A DNA stretch of 64,000 nucleotides from the human T2T-CHM13v2.0 reference genome, Homo sapiens. Shown here one piece after another: positions 28,183 through 44,852 of this stretch. A program made the position numbers and the translations under genes. The notes under the pieces are model-generated. The model ran no database searches. It worked only from the letters and a program-made list of their open reading frames with translations, and was not told the DNA's origin. The stretch's first letter is position 1. Each line of letters starts with the position of its first letter. The stretch lies in NCBI RefSeq assembly GCF_009914755.1, contig NC_060929.1; one strand, written 5' to 3'.

Positions 28183-29077
28183 AGATCTATTTTTGATTTT
28201 TTGAGGAACCTCCAAACTAATGTACATTTTTACATTCTCACCAACAGTGTATAAAGGTCCCCTTTTCTCCACATCCTTGCTAGCACTTGTTATTGCCTGT
28301 CTTTTGGATATAAGCTGTTTTACTGGAGTGAGATGATGTCTCATTGCAGTTTTGATTTACATTTCTCTAATAATCAATGATGTTGAACACCTTTTCATAT
28401 GCCTGTTTGCCATTTTTATGTCATTTCTTGAGAAATGTCATTTCAGATATTTTGCTTGTTTTTAAATCAGATTATTATTATTTTTTTCCTATAGAGTTGT
28501 TTGATCTCCTTATATATACTCTGGTTATTGATCTCTTGTCAGATAGGTACTTTACAAATATTTTCTCCCATTCTGTGGATTATCTCCTCACTTTGTTGAT
28601 TGTCTCCTTTGCTGTGCACAAGCTTTTTAACTTGAAGTAATCCCATTTGTCCATTTTTGCTTTGGTTGCCTGTGCTTGTGGGGTATTACTTAAAAATTTT
28701 TGCCCAAACTAATATCCTGGAAAGTTTCCCTGAGGTTTTTTTTGTAGTAGTTTCATAGTGTGACTTCTTAGATTTAAGTCTTAGATACATTTTTATTTCA
28801 TTTTTGTATATGGAAGCAGATAGTGGTCTAGTTTCATTTTTCTGCATATGAATATCCAGTTTTCCCCAACACCATTTATTGAAGAGATTGTCTTTTCCCT
28901 AGTGTATATTCTTGGTACCTTTGTCAAAAATGAGTCCACTGTAGCTGTGTGGATTTGTTTCTGGGTACTCTATTCTGTTTCATTGGTTGATGTGTCTGTT
29001 TTTTATGTCATTATCATGCTGTTTGGTTATGTGGATCTGTAGTATAATTTGAAGTCAGGTAATGTGATTCCTCCATG

Positions 29078-29371
29078 TTTTTTTTTTTTTTAACAGAATC
29101 TCACTCTGCCACCCAGGCTGGAGTGCAGTGGGGAGATCTTGGCTCACTTCAACCTCCCCTCCTGAGTTCAAGCAATTCTCCTGTCTTAGCCTCTTGAATA
29201 ACTGGGATTACAGGCACACACCACCATGCACAGCTAATTTTTTGTACTTTTAGTAGAGATGAGGTTTCACCATGTTGGCCAAGCTGGTCTTGCACTCCTG
29301 ACCTCAAGTGATCCACCTGCCTTGGCCTCCCCATGTACTGCAATTACAGGCATGAGCTACCACATCCAGTC
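29078..29371 (-). mobile_element. AluS-like
   Basis: T-tail, CCCAGGCTGGAGTGCAGTGG, CCTGACCTCAAGTGATCCACC. Confidence 0.93.
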
Positions 29372-32300
29372 CAGTTTTTGTTTTTTCTTTTTGCTTATGA
29401 TAGTTTTGGCTATTTAGGGTCTTTTGTGAATTCATGTAAATTTTAGGATTGTTTTTTCTATTTCTGTAAAGAATGCTGTTGGTATTTTGATAGAGATTGC
29501 ATTGAATCTGTAGATTGCTTTGGGTAGTATGGACATTTTAACAATATTTATGCTTCCAATCCATAAACATGGAATATCTTTCCATTTTTTTGGTGTTGTC
29601 TTCAACTTCTTCCATCAGTTTTTATAGTTTTCATTATAGAGATCTTTCACTTCTTAGGTTAAGTTAATTCCTTGGTATTTAGTTTTACTTGTGGCTATTG
29701 TAAATGTGATTAACTTTTGGTTCTTTTTCACTTTGTTCACTGTTGGCATCTAGAAATGTTACTGATTTTTAGATGTTGATTTTGTATCCTGCAACTTTGT
29801 TGTATTTCTTTATCAATTCTAAGAGTTTTTTTTTTTTGGTGTGTTCTTTAGGTTTTTCCAAATATAAGATCATATCATCTGTAAAAGAGGATAATTTGAC
29901 CACTTTCAGTGCAACTTTGAATGCCCTTTATATTTTTCTCTTGTCTGGTTGCTCTAGCTAGGACTTCTAGTACTATTCTGAACAATGGTGACAGTGGCAT
30001 CCTTGTCATGTTCCAGATCTTAGATGAAAGGCTTTCAGTGTTTCACCATTCAGTATGACACTAGCTATGGGTCTGTCACATACAGCTTTTATTATGCTGA
30101 AGCATGTTCTTTCTAACCACATTTATTGAGGGTTTTTATCATTCAAGATGCTGAATTTTATCAAGTACCTTTTCAAGCATCACTTGAAATGATCATATGG
30201 TTTTTGTCCTTCATTCTGTTGACATGATGTATCACATTGATTTGTGTATGTGGAACCATCCTTGCATTCCAGGAATAAATCCCACTAAGTCATAATACAT
30301 GATCTTTTCAATATATTGTTGAATTCAGATTGGTACCTTTTATTGAGAATTTTTGCATTAATGTTCATCATGGATATTGGCCTGTAGTTCTCTTTTTTTG
30401 ATGTGTCTTTGTCTGGTTTTGGTATAAAGGTAATATTAGCCCCATATAATTAGTTTGGAACTAGGCCATCCTCCTCTATTTTATTTGGAATAATTTGAAT
30501 AGGATTGGTATTCATTATTCTGTGAATTTTTGGTAGAATTCAGAATTGAAGTCTTTGGGTTCTGGGCTATTCTTTACTGGAAGAATTTTTATTACAGTTT
30601 CAATCTTGTTACTTGCTATTAGTCTATTCATCTTTTGGATTTCTTTCCAGTTCAATCTTGGTACATTGTGTGTGTCTAGGAATTTGTTCATTTCTCTAAA
30701 TTTTCCAACTTATTGGCATATAGTTGCTCATGCTAGCCACTGATGATTTCTGTGGTATCAGATGTTATGTCTCTTTTTTTCATCTCTGATTTTACTTATT
30801 TGGATCTTTTTTTTTATTAGTCTGGCTAAAGGTTTGTTGATTTTGTTTAACTTTTCAGAAAAACAACTTTTGGTTTCATTGATCTTCTGTAATGCTTTCT
30901 TCATTTCAATTTCATTTATTGCTGTTCTGATCTTTTGTATTTCTTTTATTCTACTAATTTTGGATTTGACTATCTTGCTTTTCTAGTCTTTAAGATGCAT
31001 CATTAGATTGTTATTTGAAGTTTTTTTTTCTTTTTGGTGTAGGCAATTATAGTTATACACTTTCCCCTTGGTACTGCTTTTGCTGTACTCCATAGAGTTT
31101 GGTATGTTGTGTTTCCACCATTATTTGTTTCAAGAAATTTTTAAATTTCCTTCTTAATGTTTTCTTTGACCTACTGATCACTCAGGAGCATATTGTTTCA
31201 TTTCCCCATATTTGTATAGTTTCCAAAATTCTGCTTGTTATTACTTTCTAGTTTTATTCTATTGTGGTCAGAGAAGATGCTTGATGTTGTTTATTTATTT
31301 TTGAATGTTTAAAGACTTGTTTTGTGACCTCACATATAATCTATCTTTGAGAATGGTCTACATGCTAAGGAAAATAATGTGTATTCTGCAGCTGCTGAAT
31401 GAAATCTTCTGTAAATGTCTATTATGTTCATTAGGTCTCTAGTACAGATTAAGTCCAATGTTGCTTTGTTGATTTTCTGTCTTGAAGATCTGTCAAATGC
31501 TGAAAGTGAGGTGTTGAAGTCTACAGCTATTAGTATATTGGAGTCTATCTCTCATTAGCTCTAATAATGTATGCTTTATGTTTCTGGGTGCTCCAATGTT
31601 AGGTGAATATATATTTAAAATTGTTATATCCTCTTGTTGAATTGGCCCCTTTATCATTATGTAGGGTTCTTCTTTGTCTCTTCTTATATTTTTTGTCTTA
31701 AAATCTACTTAGTCTGATATAAGTATAGCTACTCCTGCTCATTTTCTGGTTTCCATTGGCATGGAACATCTTTTTCCATTCTTTTATTATCAGTGGATGT
31801 GTGTCTTTACATGTGAAGTATGTTTCTTATAGGCAACAGATCAATGACTCTTGTTTTTTAATTCATTCAGTCACTCTCTACCCCTCTCTATCTTTTGATT
31901 GGAGAGTTTAGTCAATTTAGATTCAGTGTTATTATTGATAAGCAGGGGCTTACTCTTGCCATTTTTTTTATTTGTCTTCTGGTTGTTTTGTGTTGTTCTC
32001 TTCTTTCTTTCCTGTCTTCCTTTCAGTGAAGGTGCTTTTCTCTGGTGATATGATTTAGTTCCTTGCTTTTTATTTCTTGTGTAACTGCTGTATGTTTCTT
32101 TGGTTTGAAGTGACCATGAGGCTTGCAAACACTATCTTATAACCCATTATTTTCAGCTGATAACAACTTAACACTATTTACATGAACAAACAAACAGCAA
32201 AAAGGAAACTAAGAAAGACCCTATTCCTTAACTTTGCTCCTCTGCTTTTTAACTTTTGTTGTTTCTCTTTATATTTTATTGTACTATGTCTTGAAAAATT

Positions 32301-33351
32301 GCGGTTATTGTTTTTTATTGATTTATCATTTAGTCTTTCTACATAGATAAAATTAGTTTACACACCACTGTTACAGTGTCATAATATTCTGTGTACTTAC
32401 TATTACCAGTGAATTTTGTACCTTCGGATGATTTCTTATTGCTCAATAAAGTATTTTACTTTCTGATTGAAATACTCCCTTTAGCATTTCTTGTAGGACC
32501 GGTCTGGTATTGATGAAATCCCTAAGCTTTTTTTGTCTGAAAAGTCTTTATTTTTCCTTCGTGTTTGAAGGATATTTTCACCAGATGTACTATTCTAGGG
32601 TGAAGGTTTTATTTTTTCCTTGAGCAGTCATACGTCATTCTACCCCTGGCCCGTAAGATTTCCATTGCAACGTCTGCTGCCAGACATATTGGTGCTCCTT
32701 TGTATATTATCAGTTTCTGTTCTCTCGACCCTTTTAGGATTTCTTCTTTATCTTTGACCTTTGGGAGTTTGATTATTAAATGCCTTCAGATGGTCTTCTT
32801 TGGGTTAAATCTGCTTAGCGTTCTATAACCTTCTTGTACTTGGATATTGACATATTTCTCTAGCTTGTATAATTTCTCTGTTATTATCCCTTTGAATAAA
32901 CTTTCTACCCAAAGAGTAGAGTTCTCTACTTACTTAGATTTCCCCTTTTGAGGCCATTTTCTAGATCCTGTGTGTGTGCTTCACTGTTTTTTATTCTTTT
33001 TGCTTTTGTCTCCTATGACTGTACATTTTCAAATAACCTGTCTTCAAGCTCACCAACTCTTTTTTCTGCTTGATCAATTCTGTTATGAAAATACTCTGAT
33101 GCATTCTTCAGTATGCCAATTGCATTTTTCAGCTTCAGAATTTCTGCATGATTCTTATTTTTAATCTCTTCATTTAATTTATCTGGTAGAATTCTGAATT
33201 CCTTCTATGTTTTCTTAAACTTCTTTGAGTTTCCTCAACATAGCTATTTTGAATTCTCTGTCTGAAAGGTTACATATCTCTGTTTCTCCAGGATTGGCCC
33301 CTGGTGTCTTATTTAGTTCATTTGGTGAGATTATGTTTTCTTGAAAAAAAA

Positions 33352-33644
<293 letters not shown>

Positions 33645-35079
33645 TGAAATATCTTGATACTTGTAGATGTTAATTTATATCTGGGCATTGAAGAGTTGGG
33701 TATTTATTGTAGTCTTTTCAGCCTGAGCTTGGTTTTATCCATTCTTCTCGAGAAGGCTTCCCAGATATTCAAAATGACTTGGGTCTGTGATTCATGCTCT
33801 ATCTGCTTCAGGGGGCACCCCAAGCTCAATAACACTGTGGTTCTTGCAGACTTGTAGACGTACTGCCTTGATGGTCTTGGACGAGGTCCAGGAGAATTAT
33901 TTGGATTACTAGGTAGAAACCTTATTTTCTTTTCTTACTTTCTCCCAAATGAATTAAGTCACTCTCTCTCTTCTGAGTCACCTAGGACTTGGGATGGAGT
34001 AATATGAACATTCCCGTAGTCACCACCACTATGTCTATACTGGGTCAGACTTGAAGCTAGCACAGCACTGTCTCTCTCATCCAAGGCCATCTGAAAAAAC
34101 TCCCTGGTTATGGCCTATGTTCACTCAAGGCCCTGGGGCTCTATAACCAGCAAGTGGCAAAGTCAGTCAGGCTTATGTCCTTCCCTTCAGGATGGTGAGT
34201 TCCCCTAGGCCCCAGGTGTGTCCAGAGGTGTTATCAGGAGCCAGGGACTACAGTCAATAACCTTAGAAGTCTGCCTTGTGTTCTTTTGTACTGCAACTGA
34301 GCTGACACTCAAGCCACAAGATGCAGTTCTTCCTACTCTTTACCCTCTCCTTTCCAAAGGTAAAGGAGCCTCATCCTTTGGCCACTGTCACTGCAGATGC
34401 AGGACCACTGCCAGACTACCACCAATATTCCTTCAAGACCCAGGGGCTCTTGACTCAACTGATGGTGAATGCTGTCTGGCTTAGGACTCACACTTCAGGG
34501 TAATGGGCCTCTCTCTCGCCCAGGGCAGGCCCAGAAATGCCATCCAAGAGCCAAGTCCTGGAATCAGGGACCCAAAAATCTTGCTTGGTGCTTTACTCTA
34601 CTGCGGCCATGCTGGTATCTTTGACACAAGTCAACGTCTCCTTTACTTTTCCCTCCACTTTTCTGAAATGGAGGGACTCTTGCCCCATATCTGCCTCAGC
34701 TGGGAATGTGCTGATTCTCACCTGAAGTCAGCTAGTCTGACAGTCTCATCCAAGGCTCTTGAGATAGTACCTGGATATTTCTGCTGATTATTCTGGACTC
34801 AAGGGCTCTTCAGTTAACAGGTGATAAATCCTGCCTGGACTGGGGTTTTCTTTTCAAGACAGCAGTTTTCCTTCTAGCCCAGGGTGTGTCTGGAAATGCC
34901 ATCTGGGAACTAGGTCCTGGAAAGGGGGCCTCACATCTCTGATTGGTACCATATCTGGCTGTGACTGAACTGGTATCCAAAATGCAAGACAAAGTCCTCA
35001 CCACTTCTCCCTCTCCTCTCCTCAAGCAGAGGGAAGAGGTCTCTTTTAGAGCCTGAAGTTAGAAGATGGAGTGACTTAA

Positions 35080-36500
35080 CAGTGTATTTTGAAAACACCA
35101 GTTTTTAATTTGATGAAGACTAGTTTATTGCTTTTATTTCCTTGATGGTTTGTGTGTGTGTTTGTGTTTTAGGAAATCTGCCTAATCCAATATTCAATAA
35201 TAATCTCTCTTAGGTCTTCTTTTAGAAGTTTTTAGGTTGAAATTTTATGTTTAGTTCTATGATCATTTTTTTACACTTAATTTTTGTGTATGGTATGATG
35301 TAAAGATAAAGACTCCCTTTTGCTCCCTCATATATCCATCTGTTTCAGCACCACCAGTCATTGAAAAAGTCTACCTTTACACCGTTAAATTATTTTGGGA
35401 CCTTTTGTGAATATCCATTAGCTACATATTGATAGATCCATTTATGAACACTCTATTCTGTTTTTGTTGATCTATATGTCTATGCTTAATAAAATATTAC
35501 ATTGCTCCAATTACCAGAGCTTTATAATAAGTCTTGAAGTCAGATAATATAAATGCTCCAACTTTGTTCTTTTTCAAAAAGGACTTGGTTAATCTAGGTA
35601 CATTGCATTTCTATATAAATTTTAGAATTACCTTTCAATTACTACTGAAAAGCAAAACAACTAAAGCAACCAAAAAAAAACCCAATATTAAAAAACATTT
35701 TTTCTGGGATTTTTGAATAAGATCATATTGAATCTACATATCAATTTGTGAACTGACGTATTAACAATCTTCAATATCTCTTTTTTTATTTCCATAGGTT
35801 TTTGGGGAACAGGTGGTATCTGGTTACATGAGTAAGTTCTTTAGTGGTGATTTGTGAGATTTTAGTCACCCATCTCTTGAGCAGTATACACCAAACCCAA
35901 TTTGTAGGTATAATTCTTCATCTGTTTAGGTACTCTTTAAGTTCTCTTAGCAATGTTTTGTAGCTTTCAGTGCACAGGCCTTGCACATGTTTTCTTAAAT
36001 TTATCCCTAAACTTTTGAATGCTATTATAATATATGTATTTTTTCAAATTTTATTTTCCCATCTTTCTTTGTTAGTATACAGCACATAATTGATTTTCCA
36101 TATTTACTATGTATTTTGTGACCTTGTTAGTACTAGTATTCCTTTTGTAGGTTTCTTATAATTTTCAATGTTTATTATCATGTCACTGAAGAGAGACAAT
36201 TATTAATTATCAAATGCAAATATTCAGATCATTTACATTTAATGTAATTTTCTATATTATTGGATTTAAATCTGCGGTTTATTTCTTTTTTCTTTTGTTC
36301 TATGTTTTGCCTATTATTTTGTCCCTCTTTTCCTCTTTCATTGTCTTTTTACAGATTGAGTGATTTTTTAGTGCTTCATTTTACCTTCTCTGTTGCCTTA
36401 TTAGTTACACCTCTTTAGTCTATTTAGTGGTTATTCTAGTGTTTACAGTATGCATTTTAAGTTATCACGGTCACTTAATATTATACTACTTCTTAGTCAG
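35080..36500 (-). mobile_element. Old L1M (MB-ME age) fragments, with a short L1PB1-like 3' end inserted at ~35782-35905
   Basis: TTTTTAATTTGATGAAGACTAGTTTAT..TTTTGTGTATGGTATGA; TTTCCATAGGTTTTGGGGAACAGGTGG. Confidence 0.7.
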
Positions 36501-37389
36501 ATTTTTCACAAATTACTTTTTTAATCCTTTATTTTACTTAACCATTTATCATTATTTGTCAAAGGTTATCAGATGATTGCAACGATTGAATTAATTTATT
36601 AATTCTTTTTAAAAAATGAATTGCTCAATCTTTAATGTTTTGCTTTTCTTTCACTATTTGTCTTTGTGTTTGTATCCTGTATACACAATCACCTGTTCCT
36701 GTGGGTCTCTTTATTTTCTAGGATGAGTCACCGTCATTCCTAATGGGCTTTATCTAATCTCTTTCTGAAGTTCTGCAGAGGTTAACTTAAGCATCTTCAC
36801 AAGCAAGTTTATTTCAGAGATCAGCTGCTCATACTGTGAAGAAGAGGTATTACTGAGGGTAGTCTTCAGCCAGGCTTTGTTTGCTCCTGTTCAGATAAAG
36901 GGTACCTACCCATTTTTGAATTACTTTATTTCTCTATTTATTTGATTACTGAAAAAGCTGCTACTGGGTTTGTTGAGGGTGAGATCCTTGCAAAGTGGGT
37001 TATTTTTTAAATTGGTCCCTGAGGAACATTGAGGAGGTTTCTTAAACCTCTCTGATGTTGAACATAACTCTGTATAGTATGAAATTTACCATATTCACTT
37101 CTGCTTAGAAGAAACTTTCAGCTGATGTTGTCTTTAAAACAAAATGTCAAATTCTGTTTGAAGACATGAAGATAGAAGCCCCTTGTGTCTTAACTTTAGT
37201 GTAATTTATTGTTATGTGAAAGTGGTAATTTGAAAGAAGATAGTGCTGAGTTAAATAATTCAACATTGTTGAAAAGTGTTTTTTTAATTGACATAACCTT
37301 TGAATTTTTGTATTTTACATATTCATTTCATCATATAGCGAAAATTAACCTACATGGTCTTCTTGTATTATCAAGTGGATTTGAAATTT

Positions 37390-37582
37390 AACACCTTAGC
37401 TAGGTAGCCTTGGGATATAATTTAAATCCTCTGTTCTTTAGTTTCTTCATCTCTACAACAGTGATAATGATAGCACCTACCCCATAAGATTGTTCTGAAA
37501 ATTAAATGAATTTATTATACATAAGGTGCTTGGAAGAATGCTTGACTTGTAATTATTACTCAATATTTGTTAACTGCTATTA
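37390..37582 (+). mobile_element. MIR SINE
   Basis: TTAGTTTCTTCATCTCTACAACAGTGATAATGATAGCACCTACC..ACTCAATATTTGTTAACTGCTATT. Confidence 0.75.
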
Positions 37583-37671
37583 CCTCATCTAATATTATTT
37601 TAAAACTATTCTTTAGTGAGCAAGATAAGAGAAAATAGAAAACAAAAACAAAACAGAAAAAATTTAATGTA

Positions 37672-38492
37672 GGATATGAACAGACACTTCTCAAAAGAAA
37701 ACATTTATGTAGCCAACAAACATATGAGAAAAGCTAATCATCCCTTGTCATTAGAGAAATGCAAATCAAAACCACAATGGGATACCATCTCATGCCAGTT
37801 AGAATGGCGATTATTAAAAAGTCAGGGAACAACACATGCTGGCCAGGTTGTGGAGGATGTGGAGAAATAGGAATGATTTTACACTGTTGGTGGGAGTGTA
37901 AATTAGTTCAACCATTGTGGAAGACAGTGTGGCGACTGTTCAAGGATCTAGAACCAGAAATACCACTTGACCCAGCAATCCCATTACTGGGTATATACCC
38001 AAAGGATTATAAGGCATTCTACTATAAAGATACATGCACACATACATTTATTGCAGCACTATTCACAATAGCAAAGACTTGGAACCAACCCAAATGTCCA
38101 TCAAAGATAGAGTGGTTAAAGAAATTGTGGCACATATACACCACGGAACACTATGAATCCATAAAAAAGAATGAGTTCATGTCCTCTGCAGGGACATGGA
38201 TAAAGCTGGAAACCACCATTCTCAGCAAACTAACACAGGAACAGAAAGCCGAACACTGCATGTTCTCATAAGTGGGAGTTGAACAATGAGAACACATGAA
38301 CACAGGGAGGGGAACAACACACACTGGGGCCTGTTGGGGGTTGTGGGGAGCATTAGGACAAATAGCTAATGCATGCGGGGCTTAAAACCTAGATGATGGG
38401 TTGACAGGTGCAGCAAACCACCATGGCACATGTGTACCTGTGTAACAAACCTGCATATTCTGCACACATATCCCAGAACCCAAAATAAAAGA
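37672..38492 (+). mobile_element. 5'-truncated L1PA7/8-like 3' end
   Basis: ORF2 C-terminal ORF 37759-38271 (HCWWEC); 3'UTR GCTAATGCATGCGGGGCTTAAAACCTAG; degenerate TSD AAAAAAT(T/G)TAAT(G/C)TA at 37657-37671 and 38493-38507. Confidence 0.9.
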
Positions 38493-39272
38493 AAAAAATG
38501 TAATCTATCCAGTTAAGGGAATGAAAATGATCAATAATGGAATTTGGTAGAGTATTTCCCAGAAAAGACAGAGAATACATACAAGATTGTTCTGCTTAAT
38601 GGAGAAAGCCTATAACATTATCTTTTAAAAACAGCAATGACAACAACAACAGCAGGAATCCAAAACCAAGCCGTCCCATTGGGAAGCTCAAGTTATTAAT
38701 AGTTGAAAGTCAGTTTGGATTTTCTTTTTGAAAAAAAATCTTTCCCAATATTTGATGTTTGCTTATTTTCATTACAGTTACACAATGTGATATTTATTTG
38801 CTTTTTAAGCAAGTAATAGGAAAACAAGGAGTATTGAGTTTATACTTATCTCTGCTACATCAGCTTTTTCCCATTTTCTTTTATTTAGAATTTATAGTAA
38901 ACTCATCAAATAACATCATTTTTGGTTTGCCACCGCTTGTATTGTTATGTTTGTTTTTTATTTTTCATAGAATGAGAGTTTGAGCTACACATTCAATTTC
39001 ATTGATAGTAAACTTCCTCTTGTCTGGATGATGTCTTTGTGGGTTTTGTAATGTTAACCATTCATGATGAAAATGATGTAAGCTTTCCTCTACTCTCTAC
39101 AAAAAACTAGAGATAGACTCAATTTGAGACAGTCCAGTGTAATGATTAGATGATTACTAGAGTCCATGTAAGTTTAATATTTGCATTTGATATATTAGGC
39201 TTATTTGGTTGTATGATTAGTAGATTTTTGCTTTAAAATTATTAATCATGTTATAGTAACATTTATAATGAA

Positions 39273-39574
39273 TGCTACAGTTTGAATGTGTTCTCTAAAG
39301 CCCATTTTTTGAAAACTTAATCTCCAATGCATCAGGGTTGAGAAGAAGGACCTTTAAGAGGTGATTAGATCTCGAGGGCTCATCGCAGTCAGCAAGGAGT
39401 GGGTTTGTTATAAAAGTGAGTTCGGTTCTGTGTGCCCTCTTCCCTTCTACTTCCACCATGGAAGATGTAGCAAGAAGGCCTTCTTAAGATGCAGAACCCT
39501 TAACATTACACCTTCCAGCCTAAATTACCCAGTTTCAGGTATTCTGTTACAGAAGAACGAAAGAGGTTAAGACA
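39273..39574 (+). mobile_element. MaLR solo LTR (MSTB-like, internally deleted)
   Basis: TGCTACAGTTTGAATGTG..GGACCTTTAAGAGGTGATTAG..GGTATTCTGTTACAG..TAAGACA. Confidence 0.8.
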
Positions 39575-40405
39575 GGAGTGTACTAAAAGTTAAATGAAAT
39601 ACCTAGGTGTAAGTTTGTAATATAATTGAAGGCTATGTTTGATCACTAATCTAGCCTCGCTACACTTAAGTACTTATTTTTACACCTCAACTAACTCCAG
39701 AAAGGTTTTGCAGATCTTAGCTGCTTAAGTAGATATAAATATGACAGAATCATTCAAAAATGAATTAAAGGGTAAAAAATAAGTATTGAATTGGGAGTTA
39801 AGAGTACTGGAAAACTTTGGTTAAGAATACTGCTTTGAAGTATGAAAGTAAGCTCTGAGTTTTCTAATAAATGAAGCATATAAGTATTCAGGAGAGACAA
39901 ACATTTTTTATGTCATATTTTAAGAGAAATTTACTGTGGAACTTTTTCATACATATTCATATTAGCTGTTATTTTGTAGAAGACAGAGAAATATTCATTA
40001 TACTACCCTCTGACCCTCCTGATTTTTGGCAAAAGTTTTACTGAAATGTAACACACATAAAGAAAAAGTCATATATGAGCAAATCATAAGTATAAAGCTC
40101 AATGAATTTTCAAAAAGTGGTGAATCTTTTTACTCTCAATATGATGTTTGTGAGATTTATTCATGTTTTTTGAGTGTAGTTGTAGATCACAAATATTTAT
40201 TTCTTTGTAGTTTTCTATTATGTGAATACAACACAGTTTATCCATTTTATTGTTAATGACATTCAGGTAGTTTCCAATTTTTGCTTATTATAAATGTGCT
40301 GCTATAGACATGTTTATAGATGTCTTTTTGTGGTATATGTATACAATTCTGTTGGGTATATACCTAAGCGTAACATTACACTATAGAGTATACAAGCATA
40401 CACTT

Positions 40406-43242
<2,837 letters not shown>

Positions 43243-44019
43243 AGCATACACTTTTAATAGATTTTGCCAAGCAGTGTTTCAGTTTATACTTTCCCTAGTA
43301 GTGTCGGAGAGTTCTGTTTGCTCCGCATCTTTGCTAACACTTGGTGTTGACAGTCTTTTTCATTTTAGCCATAGTAGATGGTGTGAAGTAGTATCATATG
43401 GCAGCTTTAGTTTTTAATTCTCTGATGAGTAATGAAGTTGAATAACCATTAATATGTTTGTGGATCCTATTTTTTGTTACATGTCTGTTCATATTTTGAG
43501 CCTAGAGCCACTGTATCCTGAAGTATAGGAGTTCTACTCGATCATAAAGCAAAGCAAATAGTTGAGATATCTGGTATAAATGCAGAAGTTAATATTGTAT
43601 TTTGAATATTATACAGGCTGATACAAATTTCTATCTAGCAGAGAGCTCATGTTACCCTGGCATGGGCTTCAACTGGGAAAATAACCGAACTTATGAATAC
43701 CTACATTTTAACAAGAATTGGTTGAAGTTTGGAAAAGGCAACTCCTTAAAGGTCTTAACAAGATAAATTGGCTGAATAATATGCTCCTGATGATAAATGA
43801 ATTCAATGTTGAGATTTTTTTTCACTCTCAGTCTCAATACTAAAAATTGTCCGCTAAAATGATGATTTTGGCACAGATGATATGAAAATACTCAAGTAGA
43901 TTGAGACCAAGGACTTCAGTTTATTGAGGTTAATAATGACATAGAGATTTCATAAGATAATCATTTTTTATGCAACATGATTTACTGCTCTTAGTCTACA
44001 AATAGCTCTGATGCTTTTT

Positions 44020-44850
44020 ATATTAAATAAATTAACATATGTTAAGTGTATAAAAGAGTGTTTGGCACCTAGTAAGCACTCAGGAAATTTTGATTGCTGT
44101 CATTATTAGTATTACATTCTGCTATTTCTTCTCTCACACTTTTTGCTTCCAGGGCTTGAAATTGGGCATAGTTTGTGAACTAATCTTATCTTCCATAACT
44201 TAACCTTCTACTGATGCTTTTGACATCTTGTAGGAAAGCAGGTCTATGATGTGCGAGATGATGCTGAGTCCCTCTTTTCTCCCCATCTGTTCTGATCATG
44301 TATTCTAGGCTCCCCACAAGACAGGCAAGGCTAGCCTCTGCCTCTTGTCTCTTGCTTGTCTAGCATCTAGTGCAGTTCCTGGCCTTAATAGGAACCCAAT
44401 AAATGCTTGCTGAAGGTTTGCTATGCTGCATCTCTTACTGTGTCATCTGCTGCACTCAAGATGTGAGTGCATCTCATGGGTTGAAGGTCCTATGGAATGA
44501 GTTCAGAGAAACTGTTGGTAGAGTAGGAAAACTAAGGGCTTAAGAGTCAAGAATTTATCTACTTTCTCTAGCTGTGAAATCTTAGGGGAGTTACTTAAAC
44601 CCTGGGAGTTTCAGTTTCCTCATCAGTGACATGTGAGTAAAGAATTCCAAACTATAAAAGTTGTTGCAAAAATTAGGCATAACTTACACAATATGTCTGT
44701 CCATGTAACAAACCTGCACATGTAACCCCTGAATCTAAAAATAATTTTAAAAATGTAATAGCAAATATAAGCATACTTTACTTTAAAAAATGATTAAGTA
44801 TAACCTACCTGAAGGACCTAATAAGTGTATGCTTCTCAATAAATGGCACT
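44020..44850 (+). mobile_element. Cluster of MIR and L2 fragments plus a tiny L1 3' end (~44690-44752)
   Basis: TGGCACCTAGTAAGCACTCA; CTTAGGGGAGTTACTTAAAC..TCAGTTTCCTCATC; CATGTAACAAACCTGCACATGTAACCCCTGAATCTAAAA. Confidence 0.6.
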
Positions 44851-44852
44851 AG